The notes beneath the pieces were generated by a model. That model made no database searches and was not told the DNA's origin. It saw only the letters and a program-made list of their open reading frames with translations. A program made the translations under genes and the position numbers. A stretch of 64,000 nucleotides of DNA from a virus. Position 1 is the first letter of the stretch. Every line of letters starts with the position of its first letter. Positions 25,381 to 35,675 of this stretch are shown here, piece after piece. The DNA lies in IMG/VR virus record IMGVR_UViG_3300042558_004400, positions 37,706 to 101,705 of that record. The stretch is one strand, 5' to 3'.

Positions 25381-27477
25381 TCAACTATTATCCTTGATGA
25401 ATTTAACTTCACAAGCGTCGGTTGTACAATATGATTCTCCTATTGCGTCAGCTGCCATGCCAGCGTAGACTCCTGTTAGATCAATTGGAAATAGCTTCAT
25501 TAGCCCTTCTTCATTATACTCTTCTTCTGATATCTGAGTGTATGGCATCTGCAGGTATGTATCATTGCCTGTAGGCAAGAATGACACTGTCTTTAATTGA
25601 CCATCATACATGTGCAGTACTGTTCCGACATGCTGCTTTTCTGTCTCTGCATTAAAAGATACCGTAACAGATACTGAGTTGTCTGACCAATATCTTTGAG
25701 CTGCTGCTGCAAGTGCTATTTTTTCAAATATTGTTACATCTTTTTCGCTGCGAACTGCATTAGATTTAATTGGGAAATAAACAACACTAGTTGTATCTGG
25801 TGACTCTGCTGCTGGCTCTACTCTATAGTTAGCCATTTTAAATAATGGAAGCATTGGATCGTCGTTAGAGAATCTAATAGTTCTATTGAAGTACTTACCT
25901 CCTGGTGTCCAGTGAACTCCAGGAGACTCTCCAGCAAGTATAGACACTGTGCCTGATGGCTTAACAGTTGTCATCTTAATTGACTCACGTACGCCTAGCC
26001 ATTCAGAATAAACATTATCGTATCTCTGAATGGTCTTATAGCCTTGATCCATCCAGTCACGCAGAATGGGCATACCGTTTGTATCAGCAAAGTCAGCAAC
26101 GCCAGACATAGAAGTACCTATTCTACGATTGCGTTGCATGATTGCATTGGTCTCTTCCCAATGTGTTGGCAGTAGTGTCACTGTTTTTGCGTATAGGTAA
26201 GCGAACTTTAAAGTTCTCTTATAGTCTTCTAGTGAATCATGTCTACCTAGGTAGGTCTCTACAAGTGTGCAACATTCATATGACTCAAGTGACTGTTCAG
26301 CACAGGGGTTGAACCCGGCGACTCTGTGATCTTTATTGTTAACTGGATCAGCAAGGCGTCCATACTTACGAGACATGTCCATCCAAATAACACCGGGCTC
26401 ACCATTTCTAGCTATGCCGTCAACTATGGCTGACAAATCTTGTCCTACTGATACCTCTACTGAGTTATTGGACATCCATCCCCAACCAGGATTCTGAGCA
26501 TCATATGAATTTCTTTCAGGAAAAACTTCTGAGTTTTTTAAGTTGAGAAAATCCTGATCATCTATTCTACCTATCAGTAGTTCAGCTGAACGTCGAACGT
26601 TGCCAGACACTACGCATACGCCAATCAAGTTGCCAATGTCTGCTATGTCTCTACGTGTCAGCTTATCTCCTGCACGTCCAGCAAATATATTCTTAATAGC
26701 TTTGTGCAGTTTCAATAAAGGAGCTGGACCAGAAGCTGTTCCTCCGAATGTTTTAATAGGACTACCCAATGGTCGAATCAATGAGTAATCAAACTCTATA
26801 GGGCTTTGATCTTGCTTCAAATATGAATTGATTAAATCACCAACAGATCTAGCCCAGCTTTCACGGTCGTCTGCAATTACATCAATCACGGTTGGTTTAT
26901 TCGGTTCGTAGATTGCAAAGTCTTTGTCTGCACCCTTATCATCAAAGCCAACGCCAACGCCAAGCATCGATGCTTCCATTAGGAATGTAAAAGGTTTTGC
27001 TGGATTAAATTTAGACATTTCCGCAGTGCTAACAAATGCACAGTTCTGAAGAGCGGCTGAGTTCTTGTGAACGTTAACTGTTTGAGTGCCCATCATCCAA
27101 AGACCACGACCTGGTGGCGTCCACTTCAAATTAAAAAGTCTGTCGAACGCCTCTTTAGCAGAAGCTGCTGCACGAGTATCGGACCAAGGAAGTCGTGAGG
27201 TTTTGCAGTGTTCTTTTTGAAGCGAATACATACCATTAATAACACGTTCACAAACATCAACCCAAGTTTCTTTTGTGCCATCTTCTTTTAATCTAGAGTA
27301 GGTACGTAAAAATGTAATTTCACCAACAGAATTTCCTGCAGCATCGGTGTAGCCAAATGGTGGCTTCTTCTTCCTATAGCCCTCAATAAAATCATCGTTT
27401 ATCTTAAACATAAACATAGACTGATTCTTAGTTGGTTGCTGTACTTGTGTATCTTCCGTGGTGATTGGTGTGCTCAT
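25381..27477 (-). CDS. nrdJ: class II (B12-dependent, monomeric type) ribonucleotide reductase
   Basis: RTYSR, PPGRGLW, NCAF, NPCAEQ.L...CC.LVE, TTVKPSGT, C-terminal CTTDAC. Confidence 0.93.
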   Translation of the reverse strand: MSTPITTEDTQVQQPTKNQSMFMFKINDDFIEGYRKKKPPFGYTDAAGNSVGEITFLRTYSRLKEDGTKETWVDVCERVINGMYSLQKEHCKTSRLPWSDTRAAASAKEAFDRLFNLKWTPPGRGLWMMGTQTVNVHKNSAALQNCAFVSTAEMSKFNPAKPFTFLMEASMLGVGVGFDDKGADKDFAIYEPNKPTVIDVIADDRESWARSVGDLINSYLKQDQSPIEFDYSLIRPLGSPIKTFGGTASGPAPLLKLHKAIKNIFAGRAGDKLTRRDIADIGNLIGVCVVSGNVRRSAELLIGRIDDQDFLNLKNSEVFPERNSYDAQNPGWGWMSNNSVEVSVGQDLSAIVDGIARNGEPGVIWMDMSRKYGRLADPVNNKDHRVAGFNPCAEQSLESYECCTLVETYLGRHDSLEDYKRTLKFAYLYAKTVTLLPTHWEETNAIMQRNRRIGTSMSGVADFADTNGMPILRDWMDQGYKTIQRYDNVYSEWLGVRESIKMTTVKPSGTVSILAGESPGVHWTPGGKYFNRTIRFSNDDPMLPLFKMANYRVEPAAESPDTTSVVYFPIKSNAVRSEKDVTIFEKIALAAAAQRYWSDNSVSVTVSFNAETEKQHVGTVLHMYDGQLKTVSFLPTGNDTYLQMPYTQISEEEYNEEGLMKLFPIDLTGVYAGMAADAIGESYCTTDACEVKFIKDNS

Positions 27478-27492
27478 TGAACAATTCTCCTG

Positions 27493-28188
27493 TTATTTAA
27501 TGCTTGTAATATATTTTGGGTTAGTTTTGTTTAGTTCTGCTTTTTTGATTTTCAATATTTGCTCCAAAGAGTATACCTTATATATTTCTTTTTCGATGAA
27601 ATATCCGCTTCTCCAGTTTAAAACTTTTTCTATATTCATTGGATAATTTGTAAAGACATTACAGATTATAGCGCCTCCATATATCCTAACTAAGTTTTTA
27701 ACTTTCTCTAAAGCTTGTTGCTTCTTTTCTTCTGTTGAGAATGATTCCTTTTCTGTTCTTTCATAGATCCAATTGAAAGCTTGTCTGGTCAATGGAGAAA
27801 CATCTATCTGATTAAATACTCCAGACTGAAGAACTATTTTTCTATTTATCTCTATCTCTAAATCTTTTTTGGCTATTGATTTGAATAGGTCAAACCAATC
27901 TCTTTCATTAAACTGAGGCCAACCACCAACCCAAAATAACAATACGTGCTTCTCGTCTGGTATTGCTGACTTGTTTATCATGGGCGATAGACACGCACAC
28001 GCTACAGATTTTTTGATAAAGTCTTTAGCCTTTTGTTCATCGCCTAATTTTTTTTTCTGGACTGTCCACAGTTGTCCTATTTTTTCTTTCCAATCTGCTT
28101 CACCTAAGTATATCGTTAGATACTTTTCTGCTATGTCAAAAGATAGCGCACCATCTGTGGCCAACGCTTCTATGGACTGTATAGACAT
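27493..28188 (-). CDS. hypothetical protein
   Basis: ORF track; AAAGGGG RBS. Confidence 0.75.
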   Translation of the reverse strand: MSIQSIEALATDGALSFDIAEKYLTIYLGEADWKEKIGQLWTVQKKKLGDEQKAKDFIKKSVACACLSPMINKSAIPDEKHVLLFWVGGWPQFNERDWFDLFKSIAKKDLEIEINRKIVLQSGVFNQIDVSPLTRQAFNWIYERTEKESFSTEEKKQQALEKVKNLVRIYGGAIICNVFTNYPMNIEKVLNWRSGYFIEKEIYKVYSLEQILKIKKAELNKTNPKYITSIK

Positions 28189-28243
28189 GGTTAATCCCCT
28201 TTACATTTATCTAAAGATATAAAACTTGGTTATAAAAATCGAA

Positions 28244-28270
28244 TCCCGCCCCAAAATTAATAGGGCGGGA
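28244..28270 (-). terminator. GC-rich hairpin at the structural/replication module boundary
   Basis: TCCCGCCC / GGGCGGGA inverted repeat followed by TTCGATTTTT on the minus strand. Confidence 0.55.
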
Positions 28271-28292
28271 GTTCAATAAGATCGCCTGCGAT

Positions 28293-28301
28293 AGTATATC
28301 A
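28293..28301 (-). promoter_or_regulatory. extended -10 promoter (TGnTATACT)
   Basis: TG-A-TATACT in the intergenic gap. Confidence 0.5.
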
Positions 28302-28329
28302 CAGGTTTATGCTTGCTAGCACTAGTGTG

Positions 28330-28704
28330 CTATGAGTGGTTGAATTTATTCTTTCTAATATTTTTTTCTATCAATAGATGAGCTGTTACTAAAAGCCAAA
28401 TGGATGTAGGAAGTAAACTTTTTGTTGGATGTTCAGTTGATCTCCAAAAAAATCTAGTTAGTGTTTCCACCTTCTTAGTCTTAATGGCGTAAGCATCGTA
28501 GGCTGCGACCGCTGCTAAGAGAGCTAGCCAAGCATACAACCCCGATACTCTTTCGTCTTTATCCAATATTATTGGAGACGAATAGTAATTAGAGAGCTTT
28601 TGAAGAGGCAACGCCTCGCCATTCTTGAACTTTATTTTTTCCATACTCATTATTATACCCGGTTGGAATTGCTTGTCCAAACGTAGCATTAAAAACTTTA
28701 GCAC
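28330..28704 (-). CDS. small membrane protein (AWLALLAAVAAYD...ETLT...W type); true start probably downstream of 28590
   Basis: Two hydrophobic segments; N-terminal third overlaps the upstream gene. Confidence 0.65.
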   Translation of the reverse strand: MLKFLMLRLDKQFQPGIIMSMEKIKFKNGEALPLQKLSNYYSSPIILDKDERVSGLYAWLALLAAVAAYDAYAIKTKKVETLTRFFWRSTEHPTKSLLPTSIWLLVTAHLLIEKNIRKNKFNHS

Positions 28705-29224
28705 TCGCTACACCATGTTCCTCTTCAGGTCTAAAGACTCCAAAGGTATTAGGTGCACCTTGTGCGTCAGTTCTAGGGGCATGTCCAGTGTTCTTCATAG
28801 CTTCAGCTGATGCTAGACCCTTGAATGAATACTGACGAAGCTTGTATTCGTTTTCTCTTTCTGCGTGACCAAATGTCGCTCCAAAAACAGCAGATCCGCT
28901 AAGGCCTTTGAATTCACTTGGGCGGAATCTAGTTCCGTCATAGGTTGCAGTGCCGTTAGGAAATGCTCCAGAAAGTGGGTGAATGTAGAATACGCTACCT
29001 GTAAAGATTTGTGACATAAATACGTCACCTGGGAAGTATCCAGTGCCAGGTACGTGATGATTATCTGGTGCACCAGTTAAAAGGTGGCTAGTATTATATA
29101 GTGGATAGTAAGAATACGTTCCAGTACCTTTAACCCTACCCGTCATTGTTGTATATGGATTGACCATATCGTTGGAGTTTACACCCCTTAAAATAGGTCT
29201 TGGACCTACGTACGCAGTTGCCAT
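28589..29224 (-). CDS. Gly/Thr/aromatic-rich protein with four degenerate C-terminal repeats
   Basis: AAGGAG RBS; repeats FRPSEFKGLS, LRQYSFKGLAS, FRPEEEHGVAS, VQEWRGVAS. Confidence 0.8.
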   Translation of the reverse strand: MATAYVGPRPILRGVNSNDMVNPYTTMTGRVKGTGTYSYYPLYNTSHLLTGAPDNHHVPGTGYFPGDVFMSQIFTGSVFYIHPLSGAFPNGTATYDGTRFRPSEFKGLSGSAVFGATFGHAERENEYKLRQYSFKGLASAEAMKNTGHAPRTDAQGAPNTFGVFRPEEEHGVASAKVFNATFGQAIPTGYNNEYGKNKVQEWRGVASSKAL

Positions 29225-29255
29225 TTTGCTCTCCTTATAGAAACCTTACAGTGTT

Positions 29256-29284
29256 ATAGTAAAAAGATTCAGGCCTTTTTGCAA
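29256..29284 (-). promoter_or_regulatory. sigma70-type promoter
   Basis: TTGCAA(29284-29279)-17 nt-TACTAT(29261-29256). Confidence 0.6.
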
Positions 29285-29287
29285 CAA

Positions 29288-30553
29288 TTAAAGATTATAA
29301 TCAGCCTGAATAATTAGGTCTGAAAGAACTGGTGGTATCTTATTGTCTGCCATCGACATGGTTAGCTCTATATAGACGTGACTGGAAGTCCCAGTATTTG
29401 AATTTGGACCATATGTCCCTCCACTCGGATAGAAAACCCTATAGGAAGAAATCTCAGAAACCTGAGACTGTGAAACGTTATATATTTTAGGTGATACATT
29501 TAAAATCTCATTGATGGTTTTGCCCTCAGGTGCAGTAAATTTGATAAAAGTTTTACCCGTAGGCATGAACTTGTCGTACCTAATATCTATATTGGACAGA
29601 CCGTAAGTGTAGACGTACTTGCTATTCTCTATCACATAGCTTTTTTGTCTAAGCAGCACCCTAACGGCAGTTACATTCTTTTCAGCAAAATAAAAATTAA
29701 GTGGACCAGAATTATGGATAGTGTCAGATCCTACTGTCGACCAACCACCGGGGGCAACTTTTCCTATTGCGTCGTACTGATCATCATAATAGCCTGGATT
29801 AACAGGTAGATAATTATCCTTATCAGAAAGAGATGGATTTACTGAAGTAGTGTACTCTACTTTAATCACGTTAACTCCACTAGCAGGATATGGTACTAAC
29901 GATATGCAGTTAGTCAGCGATGAGCCCATTGAGCCAGAAGGAATTCTTATGTAGAGATATAGACTAACTCCCAATGGATTAGCCTCATTTAAAATTACAT
30001 TTCTTCTCCATATTTTATCTGGTTGATCCAAAAAAGCATACTGAACAGGAGTTGTATCTATAACTGCACCATTAGAGTCTCCTCCGGAAAGATTATTATC
30101 TATTCTGGTTTGAAGGAAATCTGGTATTACCTGGCCCTTTGTGGCATTAATGAACTTTACCTTTGAAAAAGAGGATCCAGTAATCTTGGGTAGGGTCACC
30201 TGATTGTAGTACTCATTGTAATCAAGTAATTGATCAGCCCCTATAGAGTATTCTGTTCCAGCAAATGGAGTCAAATCTATTTGTGATTTAGAATAAAGAG
30301 AAATTTGGTTAGTGCTTAGACTCTCCATGGCCCTTACTCTATCTACTAGATCATTTAAAGCAGACGTTAAAAATAAGTTTTCTTTTACAACTCTCTCTAT
30401 TATCTCTGCTATTTTCTTATCTAGAATACCGTATTTATTATACAGATACAATAAGTCTGAATAGTTTTGTTCAACCCTGGTATTGAAATCTGTACTAGAG
30501 ATTGGACCATGGTATTGTTGAGATTTTTTTTCTGTATATATAAATTCTGACAC
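29288..30553 (-). CDS. putative tail/baseplate structural protein
   Basis: N-terminal coiled coil plus beta-rich body; position in the structural block. Confidence 0.7.
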   Translation of the reverse strand: MSEFIYTEKKSQQYHGPISSTDFNTRVEQNYSDLLYLYNKYGILDKKIAEIIERVVKENLFLTSALNDLVDRVRAMESLSTNQISLYSKSQIDLTPFAGTEYSIGADQLLDYNEYYNQVTLPKITGSSFSKVKFINATKGQVIPDFLQTRIDNNLSGGDSNGAVIDTTPVQYAFLDQPDKIWRRNVILNEANPLGVSLYLYIRIPSGSMGSSLTNCISLVPYPASGVNVIKVEYTTSVNPSLSDKDNYLPVNPGYYDDQYDAIGKVAPGGWSTVGSDTIHNSGPLNFYFAEKNVTAVRVLLRQKSYVIENSKYVYTYGLSNIDIRYDKFMPTGKTFIKFTAPEGKTINEILNVSPKIYNVSQSQVSEISSYRVFYPSGGTYGPNSNTGTSSHVYIELTMSMADNKIPPVLSDLIIQADYNL

Positions 30554-30559
30554 TTTACG

Positions 30560-30991
30560 TTATTCCTTTTTTCCAATTAAATCTTCTAACATATTTATTT
30601 TATTATTTAATAAATTTATTATAGATGAATTAATTCCATATTTTTTAAATTCTAGATTTTCTAAAAAAGACTCTGTATTAACAGTTTGCTCGTCCTGGTT
30701 ATGGTCGTAGTAACTATAGGTATTATACACCCTGGATGATAGATCTGTATCTATATAGTAGTCCGGGGTAGCTAAACTGAAATCATTTGCGTAATCAATG
30801 GATATTTGATCAGCCTCAGCACTAAGCTCGTCTGCCATCTTGGAAAGCCTTGCACAGTCTACAACGAATTGATCATAGTATAAGTTTAAAACGTTTGAAG
30901 GTATAGGCCCTCTAAATGTTAACCTTTGTCTAGATAGGTTTGGCTCTAATACTAAATTTTTTCTGTTTAATTCTGAATAACTCTTTGTCAT
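30560..30991 (-). CDS. putative structural protein, N-terminus paralogous to 29288..30553
   Basis: FRGPIPSNVLN vs YHGPISSTDFN. Confidence 0.65.
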   Translation of the reverse strand: MTKSYSELNRKNLVLEPNLSRQRLTFRGPIPSNVLNLYYDQFVVDCARLSKMADELSAEADQISIDYANDFSLATPDYYIDTDLSSRVYNTYSYYDHNQDEQTVNTESFLENLEFKKYGINSSIINLLNNKINMLEDLIGKKE

Positions 30992-30998
30992 GATATAC

Positions 30999-33221
30999 CT
31001 AGTGTCTAAATTTAATTCTGTAAGAATTTATAGATGGTGCTGAATACGCGTTGCCTTGTCCTCGCATCAGATCTGCCCTTAACCTTAACGCTGTAATTCC
31101 ATTGTTTAAATTTTCATAATAATACACAACACTGCCAACACCTATTTCTTTTTCTCTTCTGTATACTATTTCTTTATTGTTTTCATAGTTAATTATTGAG
31201 AAAACATTATCTGTATTAGAATATAAATTTCTTAAATCTTCTATTTTTACATAGAATAAATAATCTTGGTAAACTTTTATTCCTGGCATACTTAAAATAG
31301 ATAGTCCATCGAAAATACTAAATGATCCAATGAAGGAAGTTTGTGCCCCATTGGATTGGTTTGTAGATTTGTTTATAATGATTACTAAACTGTTCTGCCC
31401 AGAGCGAAGATTCCATGTTATAGACTTGGACAAAATTCCTGGCTCTATTTTTGATAACAATGATCCATTGAGGTATATTTCTATATCCCAGTACTGTGCA
31501 TCAATTGACTTCAAGAAGTTTTTAGTAATTAAACTTGTTGCCTGACTGTGAATATTAGTAGCCAAATGAATACTTCCATAATTTATTTCACTTGATCCAG
31601 TAGAAAAAAACTCTTGGCTATTTGGAACTGATCTTGTAGAAAATGTTGGGATTATATCATTTCTATATCCAGACAGAACCTCTTGCCAACCAGATTGATT
31701 TAAGGAACTTCCTGAAACTATATTCATCTTTATCTGATTGCTGTTTACATTCTCTAATATATATGGAGTAATTGGGTCTATCCCGATTGGCATCTTAGCG
31801 AATCTGTATAAATTAAATCCTATATTGTTATAATCATTTTGATAAAAATATGATTCTATTGGATTCTTATTTTCTGTAACCCTAGGAATTCTAACTAGCT
31901 CTGTATCTGTGGGTAATATAGAATTTTGTATTGGGTTAATTACATTCTTAGATCTCAATGTAGCTCCATTAAAGCTGACAATTTTTTCATTCAATGAACC
32001 ACTAGCATTGGTTGGAGATATAGGAAGCCAATTAAAATCGTTTAATTCGTCTGCATTTGGCACATCTTCTGCAATGTAGTAATTTATATTACATCCTGAC
32101 GGTATGATGTCATTAGTCTCTATAGATACTGCATCTACCATAATGGTACTATTTTGTTCTGCCGGTATAGATACCGGATTGCTGACGTATATAGCAGCGG
32201 AATCATAATATGGAGACCCTATTATCAATTCGTCTATAGCAAAACCATATACATACTTTAGTGTTTGATCGACATTAGTGCTTACATAGTCTGGTTCAAC
32301 TTTAGTTAAATATATTTCTACGCTAGAACAAACTTTTGGATCAAAATGAAAAGAAAAAACATCATAATCAGATGATCCAGACTTGCTAGCAAAAACAGAG
32401 TTTGCCCTGTCTTGACCATCAACTAGTAATATTGACGTATCAACTTGCTTTGTAGATACCAATCTGCCTTCAACTACAGATATGCCATTTTGGCTAGAGC
32501 TATCTATCGGTACTGATATTTTCAATACGCAAACGCCAATTGAATTAGAATTGTATCCATCGGTTCTGTCTGATGATACATATGACCACCTAGAATTATT
32601 TAAACCATTAAACACATTACTAAAATCAATATTTTCTTCACTCTTTTTTTGTCCATCAAAAAATAATTCAACGGTTGCATTATTGGGCTTGTTGAGTATA
32701 TTAGCAATGTAGTTAAACAAGCTTGAGTTTAATTTTGGTATCGTAACTTTTCTTACTTCTGTGTCTACTAAAGCTGAAGTAAATAAAATATCAGTTGTTT
32801 CGGTGTCATTAAAAGCATTGCTAGTGCTGTAATAAAACCCGTCTGTATTCTTTAATGAGAACAGATGATCGTCTAACTTCTTCTCAACCTCTGCTCTTTT
32901 AGATCTTAAGTTGTCTATTCTAAACTTATAAGAAGAAACAGCTTGGTACAATGCTTCAACTTCTTCATGAAAACAATCATACAATACATCGACATTGAAT
33001 AATGTAGTTGTCATTATTCTATTTATCTTTTCATGATCGATGACATTAGAAGCATTGAGGTCATCATAATTAAGACTTACTGGCTGTCCAACCTTGTTTC
33101 TATTAAAGTATTGACCATACAAGACTGATATATCATCGTAGCTTGGTTCTTCACCAAGTGAATAATACATTTTAAATATAGTATTTAAAAATCTTGCTTT
33201 TTGTATATTATCTATACTCAT
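30999..33221 (-). CDS. putative tail/baseplate structural protein
   Basis: Coiled-coil N-terminus, beta-rich body, C-terminal APSINSYRIKF. Confidence 0.7.
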   Translation of the reverse strand: MSIDNIQKARFLNTIFKMYYSLGEEPSYDDISVLYGQYFNRNKVGQPVSLNYDDLNASNVIDHEKINRIMTTTLFNVDVLYDCFHEEVEALYQAVSSYKFRIDNLRSKRAEVEKKLDDHLFSLKNTDGFYYSTSNAFNDTETTDILFTSALVDTEVRKVTIPKLNSSLFNYIANILNKPNNATVELFFDGQKKSEENIDFSNVFNGLNNSRWSYVSSDRTDGYNSNSIGVCVLKISVPIDSSSQNGISVVEGRLVSTKQVDTSILLVDGQDRANSVFASKSGSSDYDVFSFHFDPKVCSSVEIYLTKVEPDYVSTNVDQTLKYVYGFAIDELIIGSPYYDSAAIYVSNPVSIPAEQNSTIMVDAVSIETNDIIPSGCNINYYIAEDVPNADELNDFNWLPISPTNASGSLNEKIVSFNGATLRSKNVINPIQNSILPTDTELVRIPRVTENKNPIESYFYQNDYNNIGFNLYRFAKMPIGIDPITPYILENVNSNQIKMNIVSGSSLNQSGWQEVLSGYRNDIIPTFSTRSVPNSQEFFSTGSSEINYGSIHLATNIHSQATSLITKNFLKSIDAQYWDIEIYLNGSLLSKIEPGILSKSITWNLRSGQNSLVIIINKSTNQSNGAQTSFIGSFSIFDGLSILSMPGIKVYQDYLFYVKIEDLRNLYSNTDNVFSIINYENNKEIVYRREKEIGVGSVVYYYENLNNGITALRLRADLMRGQGNAYSAPSINSYRIKFRH

Positions 33222-33222
33222 C

Positions 33223-35667
33223 TTATTTAAACCTTATGCCTATTTTGTATGACCCTAAAATTGGAGTAGAATTTCCAGTCTTTGTTTTCTTCATTATTGC
33301 TCTAAATCTTATTGATTTTATTGGACTTGGAATTTCTGGACTGTTATAGTAAGCTATCTGGGGAAGCAGGTTAGTATTATCTAAGTTTTGATTGAAGGAT
33401 AGTATTTCTGGTATGCCAACAAAATTCTTCTTCATTGGAGATACTTGTATCCATTTTAGTCCGTCGTCTACACTTATATAGTAATCTATTGATGTGGAGG
33501 ATTCATTTGACTGAGGGACATATTCCCCTACCTCTAAGCTTAATAGGTCAACATCATTATTGACATAAAATGGCTTAGATATAATCTCAGCAGACTGTAA
33601 GTATATTTCTTTTCCTAAGAAAATATCCCTAATCCCTAAGCTTGCTCTTTTAGCTGGAATGTACTCATAGTTTCTTTTAAGCCAAATTGATTCTGTGTTA
33701 TTATTGTTTTGTGTTTTTGAAACAGTTTCAATAACAAGATTAATTGGACTCGATGTAACTTTTGTGTAACACGGATAGCAAAGAAGTTTAGTTGCATCTT
33801 GAAGGGCTAAGACCGGCAAGGTGTCTGCATTGTTGTTTGATACGGTAAATGTATAGTCGTCTACTATGGCAGAAACAGTGTACACGCCATTAAAGGATGC
33901 TGTTGAAACTAGCCCATTGATAAAAGCATGGGACCCTACAGAAAAACCATGTCTCTCTAGACACTTTATTGTAATTACCTGCGGCGGACCTGCAGTTATT
34001 GTGACGTTTTGAACATCAATTTTTATATCCTGCAGTAGCTGATTATCTTCAAGGAAGACACATGGGACAGTGCTAGCATTGGCCACCATTGTGCCCTTGA
34101 CTGTTTCTAGGACAGATTGACTTATGTTAACGCTAGCGGATCTTTTAAAAGTATAAAACTCTATTCCCCCAACAGTTTGTTTGTCATAAAAATAAACAGA
34201 CTGTGAACCTTTAGTTAGCTTTATAGCTGGAGTGCTTATATTAGATGTAGTTAAATATGTTAAATCAATTTTTACAGATTGATTTGTGTTTGACTTAATT
34301 TGATTTGGAGTTTCAAGTGCCGGCACTACAGCTGCCTTGTTCCATCTTATTGATGTTGCTCCCTGAGGCAACACCCCTGCAGCTTCTGGATTAAACCTGG
34401 CTTGATTATGCCACTTTTTATCTGACGTTTGATCGCTTACAGAACTGTAAGGTGTCCAATATGCGTGTTTTATACTTACTGTTTGGAAAACAGGCTGCTC
34501 AAATGTAATATAAACTCTATTTGCCAATGTCTCAGGGAATCTAAATATGCCCTTATTGTAAAAATAGTTTTTATAATTTGATATATTTGCTCCTGATATG
34601 TCAGCCCCTATAAATACTGGACCATCATTGATCACCTCTAGTGGTGCCTCAGTTGTATTTGTATTATGTAGCTTGATAGAAGTTACTTGAACATTTTTGA
34701 TTTGAGCATTGAGGTCAGTAGCATCATATCCAAAAAACGGTATTAATGAAATGTAATTTATATAATCCCCATTTGAAGATGATGATTTAAGTTCAACTGT
34801 TAGTTTTAATGGCTTAGTTTGATCAAAAGAAGACCAATCTACAACCTCTGTACCTGAAGAATACTGAAATTCATAAGCAGGCTTGTTAGCCTTGTCTACG
34901 TATAATGCTTCGTATTCAAAAAATGATACAGGGCTTTCGTCTATCATCTTTGTTGGATCTGATTTTGTAACCGTAGAATCTTTTTCAAACAAAAATGGTT
35001 TTACCAAACTTCCAAGAGACTGGCTAGTATATATATAACTGCAACCAGCTAAACCGTTTGATACACCAAGAGTGTCATTATTTTTTTGTACGTTTAAATT
35101 ATTAAAATTCTTATTATAAACGGAAATACTTGAGCGCCACTTTTTAATTTCCTTCTTAGGAAGAGTAGCTATTCCGTCAGATATATCACAAAGAGAAATG
35201 GTTGTAGACTTATTTGCATCCACAAGATCCATGTTATTTAAAAGATCACCAAGGTATGTTATATTATTAGAAGTGCTTCCTGAATACAATTCGAGAGCAC
35301 CTATTTTAGATTTTATCCTTTGCATTGAGGACTTTTCTGACTCTATTGCATCGTGAAGATTGTTAAATGAAGAGACATAGTTAGCAACGAGAGAGTCATA
35401 CTGATGGTTGATCATATTAATATCATCCGTTATTTTTTTAACAAACTCGTTGAATTTTAATGACGACGGTATCTCACCCTTATTGATTAAATCTAATTTT
35501 GATATTGGACCAGTAATAGATTTTCTTATTGTTGATATAAGATTTTGGTATGCTGTATCAAAATCTTTTGGAGAAACATTCTTATTTTCTACGTAGTTAG
35601 ATATAAAGGTTTGTACATTATTTATTACCTGAGCGTAAGCCAGTGTGTCTGTAGATAATTGTGCCAT
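33223..35667 (-). CDS. putative tail/baseplate structural protein
   Basis: Same architecture; C-terminal TPILGSYKIGIRF. Confidence 0.7.
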   Translation of the reverse strand: MAQLSTDTLAYAQVINNVQTFISNYVENKNVSPKDFDTAYQNLISTIRKSITGPISKLDLINKGEIPSSLKFNEFVKKITDDINMINHQYDSLVANYVSSFNNLHDAIESEKSSMQRIKSKIGALELYSGSTSNNITYLGDLLNNMDLVDANKSTTISLCDISDGIATLPKKEIKKWRSSISVYNKNFNNLNVQKNNDTLGVSNGLAGCSYIYTSQSLGSLVKPFLFEKDSTVTKSDPTKMIDESPVSFFEYEALYVDKANKPAYEFQYSSGTEVVDWSSFDQTKPLKLTVELKSSSSNGDYINYISLIPFFGYDATDLNAQIKNVQVTSIKLHNTNTTEAPLEVINDGPVFIGADISGANISNYKNYFYNKGIFRFPETLANRVYITFEQPVFQTVSIKHAYWTPYSSVSDQTSDKKWHNQARFNPEAAGVLPQGATSIRWNKAAVVPALETPNQIKSNTNQSVKIDLTYLTTSNISTPAIKLTKGSQSVYFYDKQTVGGIEFYTFKRSASVNISQSVLETVKGTMVANASTVPCVFLEDNQLLQDIKIDVQNVTITAGPPQVITIKCLERHGFSVGSHAFINGLVSTASFNGVYTVSAIVDDYTFTVSNNNADTLPVLALQDATKLLCYPCYTKVTSSPINLVIETVSKTQNNNNTESIWLKRNYEYIPAKRASLGIRDIFLGKEIYLQSAEIISKPFYVNNDVDLLSLEVGEYVPQSNESSTSIDYYISVDDGLKWIQVSPMKKNFVGIPEILSFNQNLDNTNLLPQIAYYNSPEIPSPIKSIRFRAIMKKTKTGNSTPILGSYKIGIRFK

Positions 35668-35675
35668 AATATTCC

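Noticed and set aside
8099-27477. Inteins or introns in dnaE, helicase or nrdJ
   Set aside because: Lengths are normal, with no intein splice or homing-endonuclease motifs
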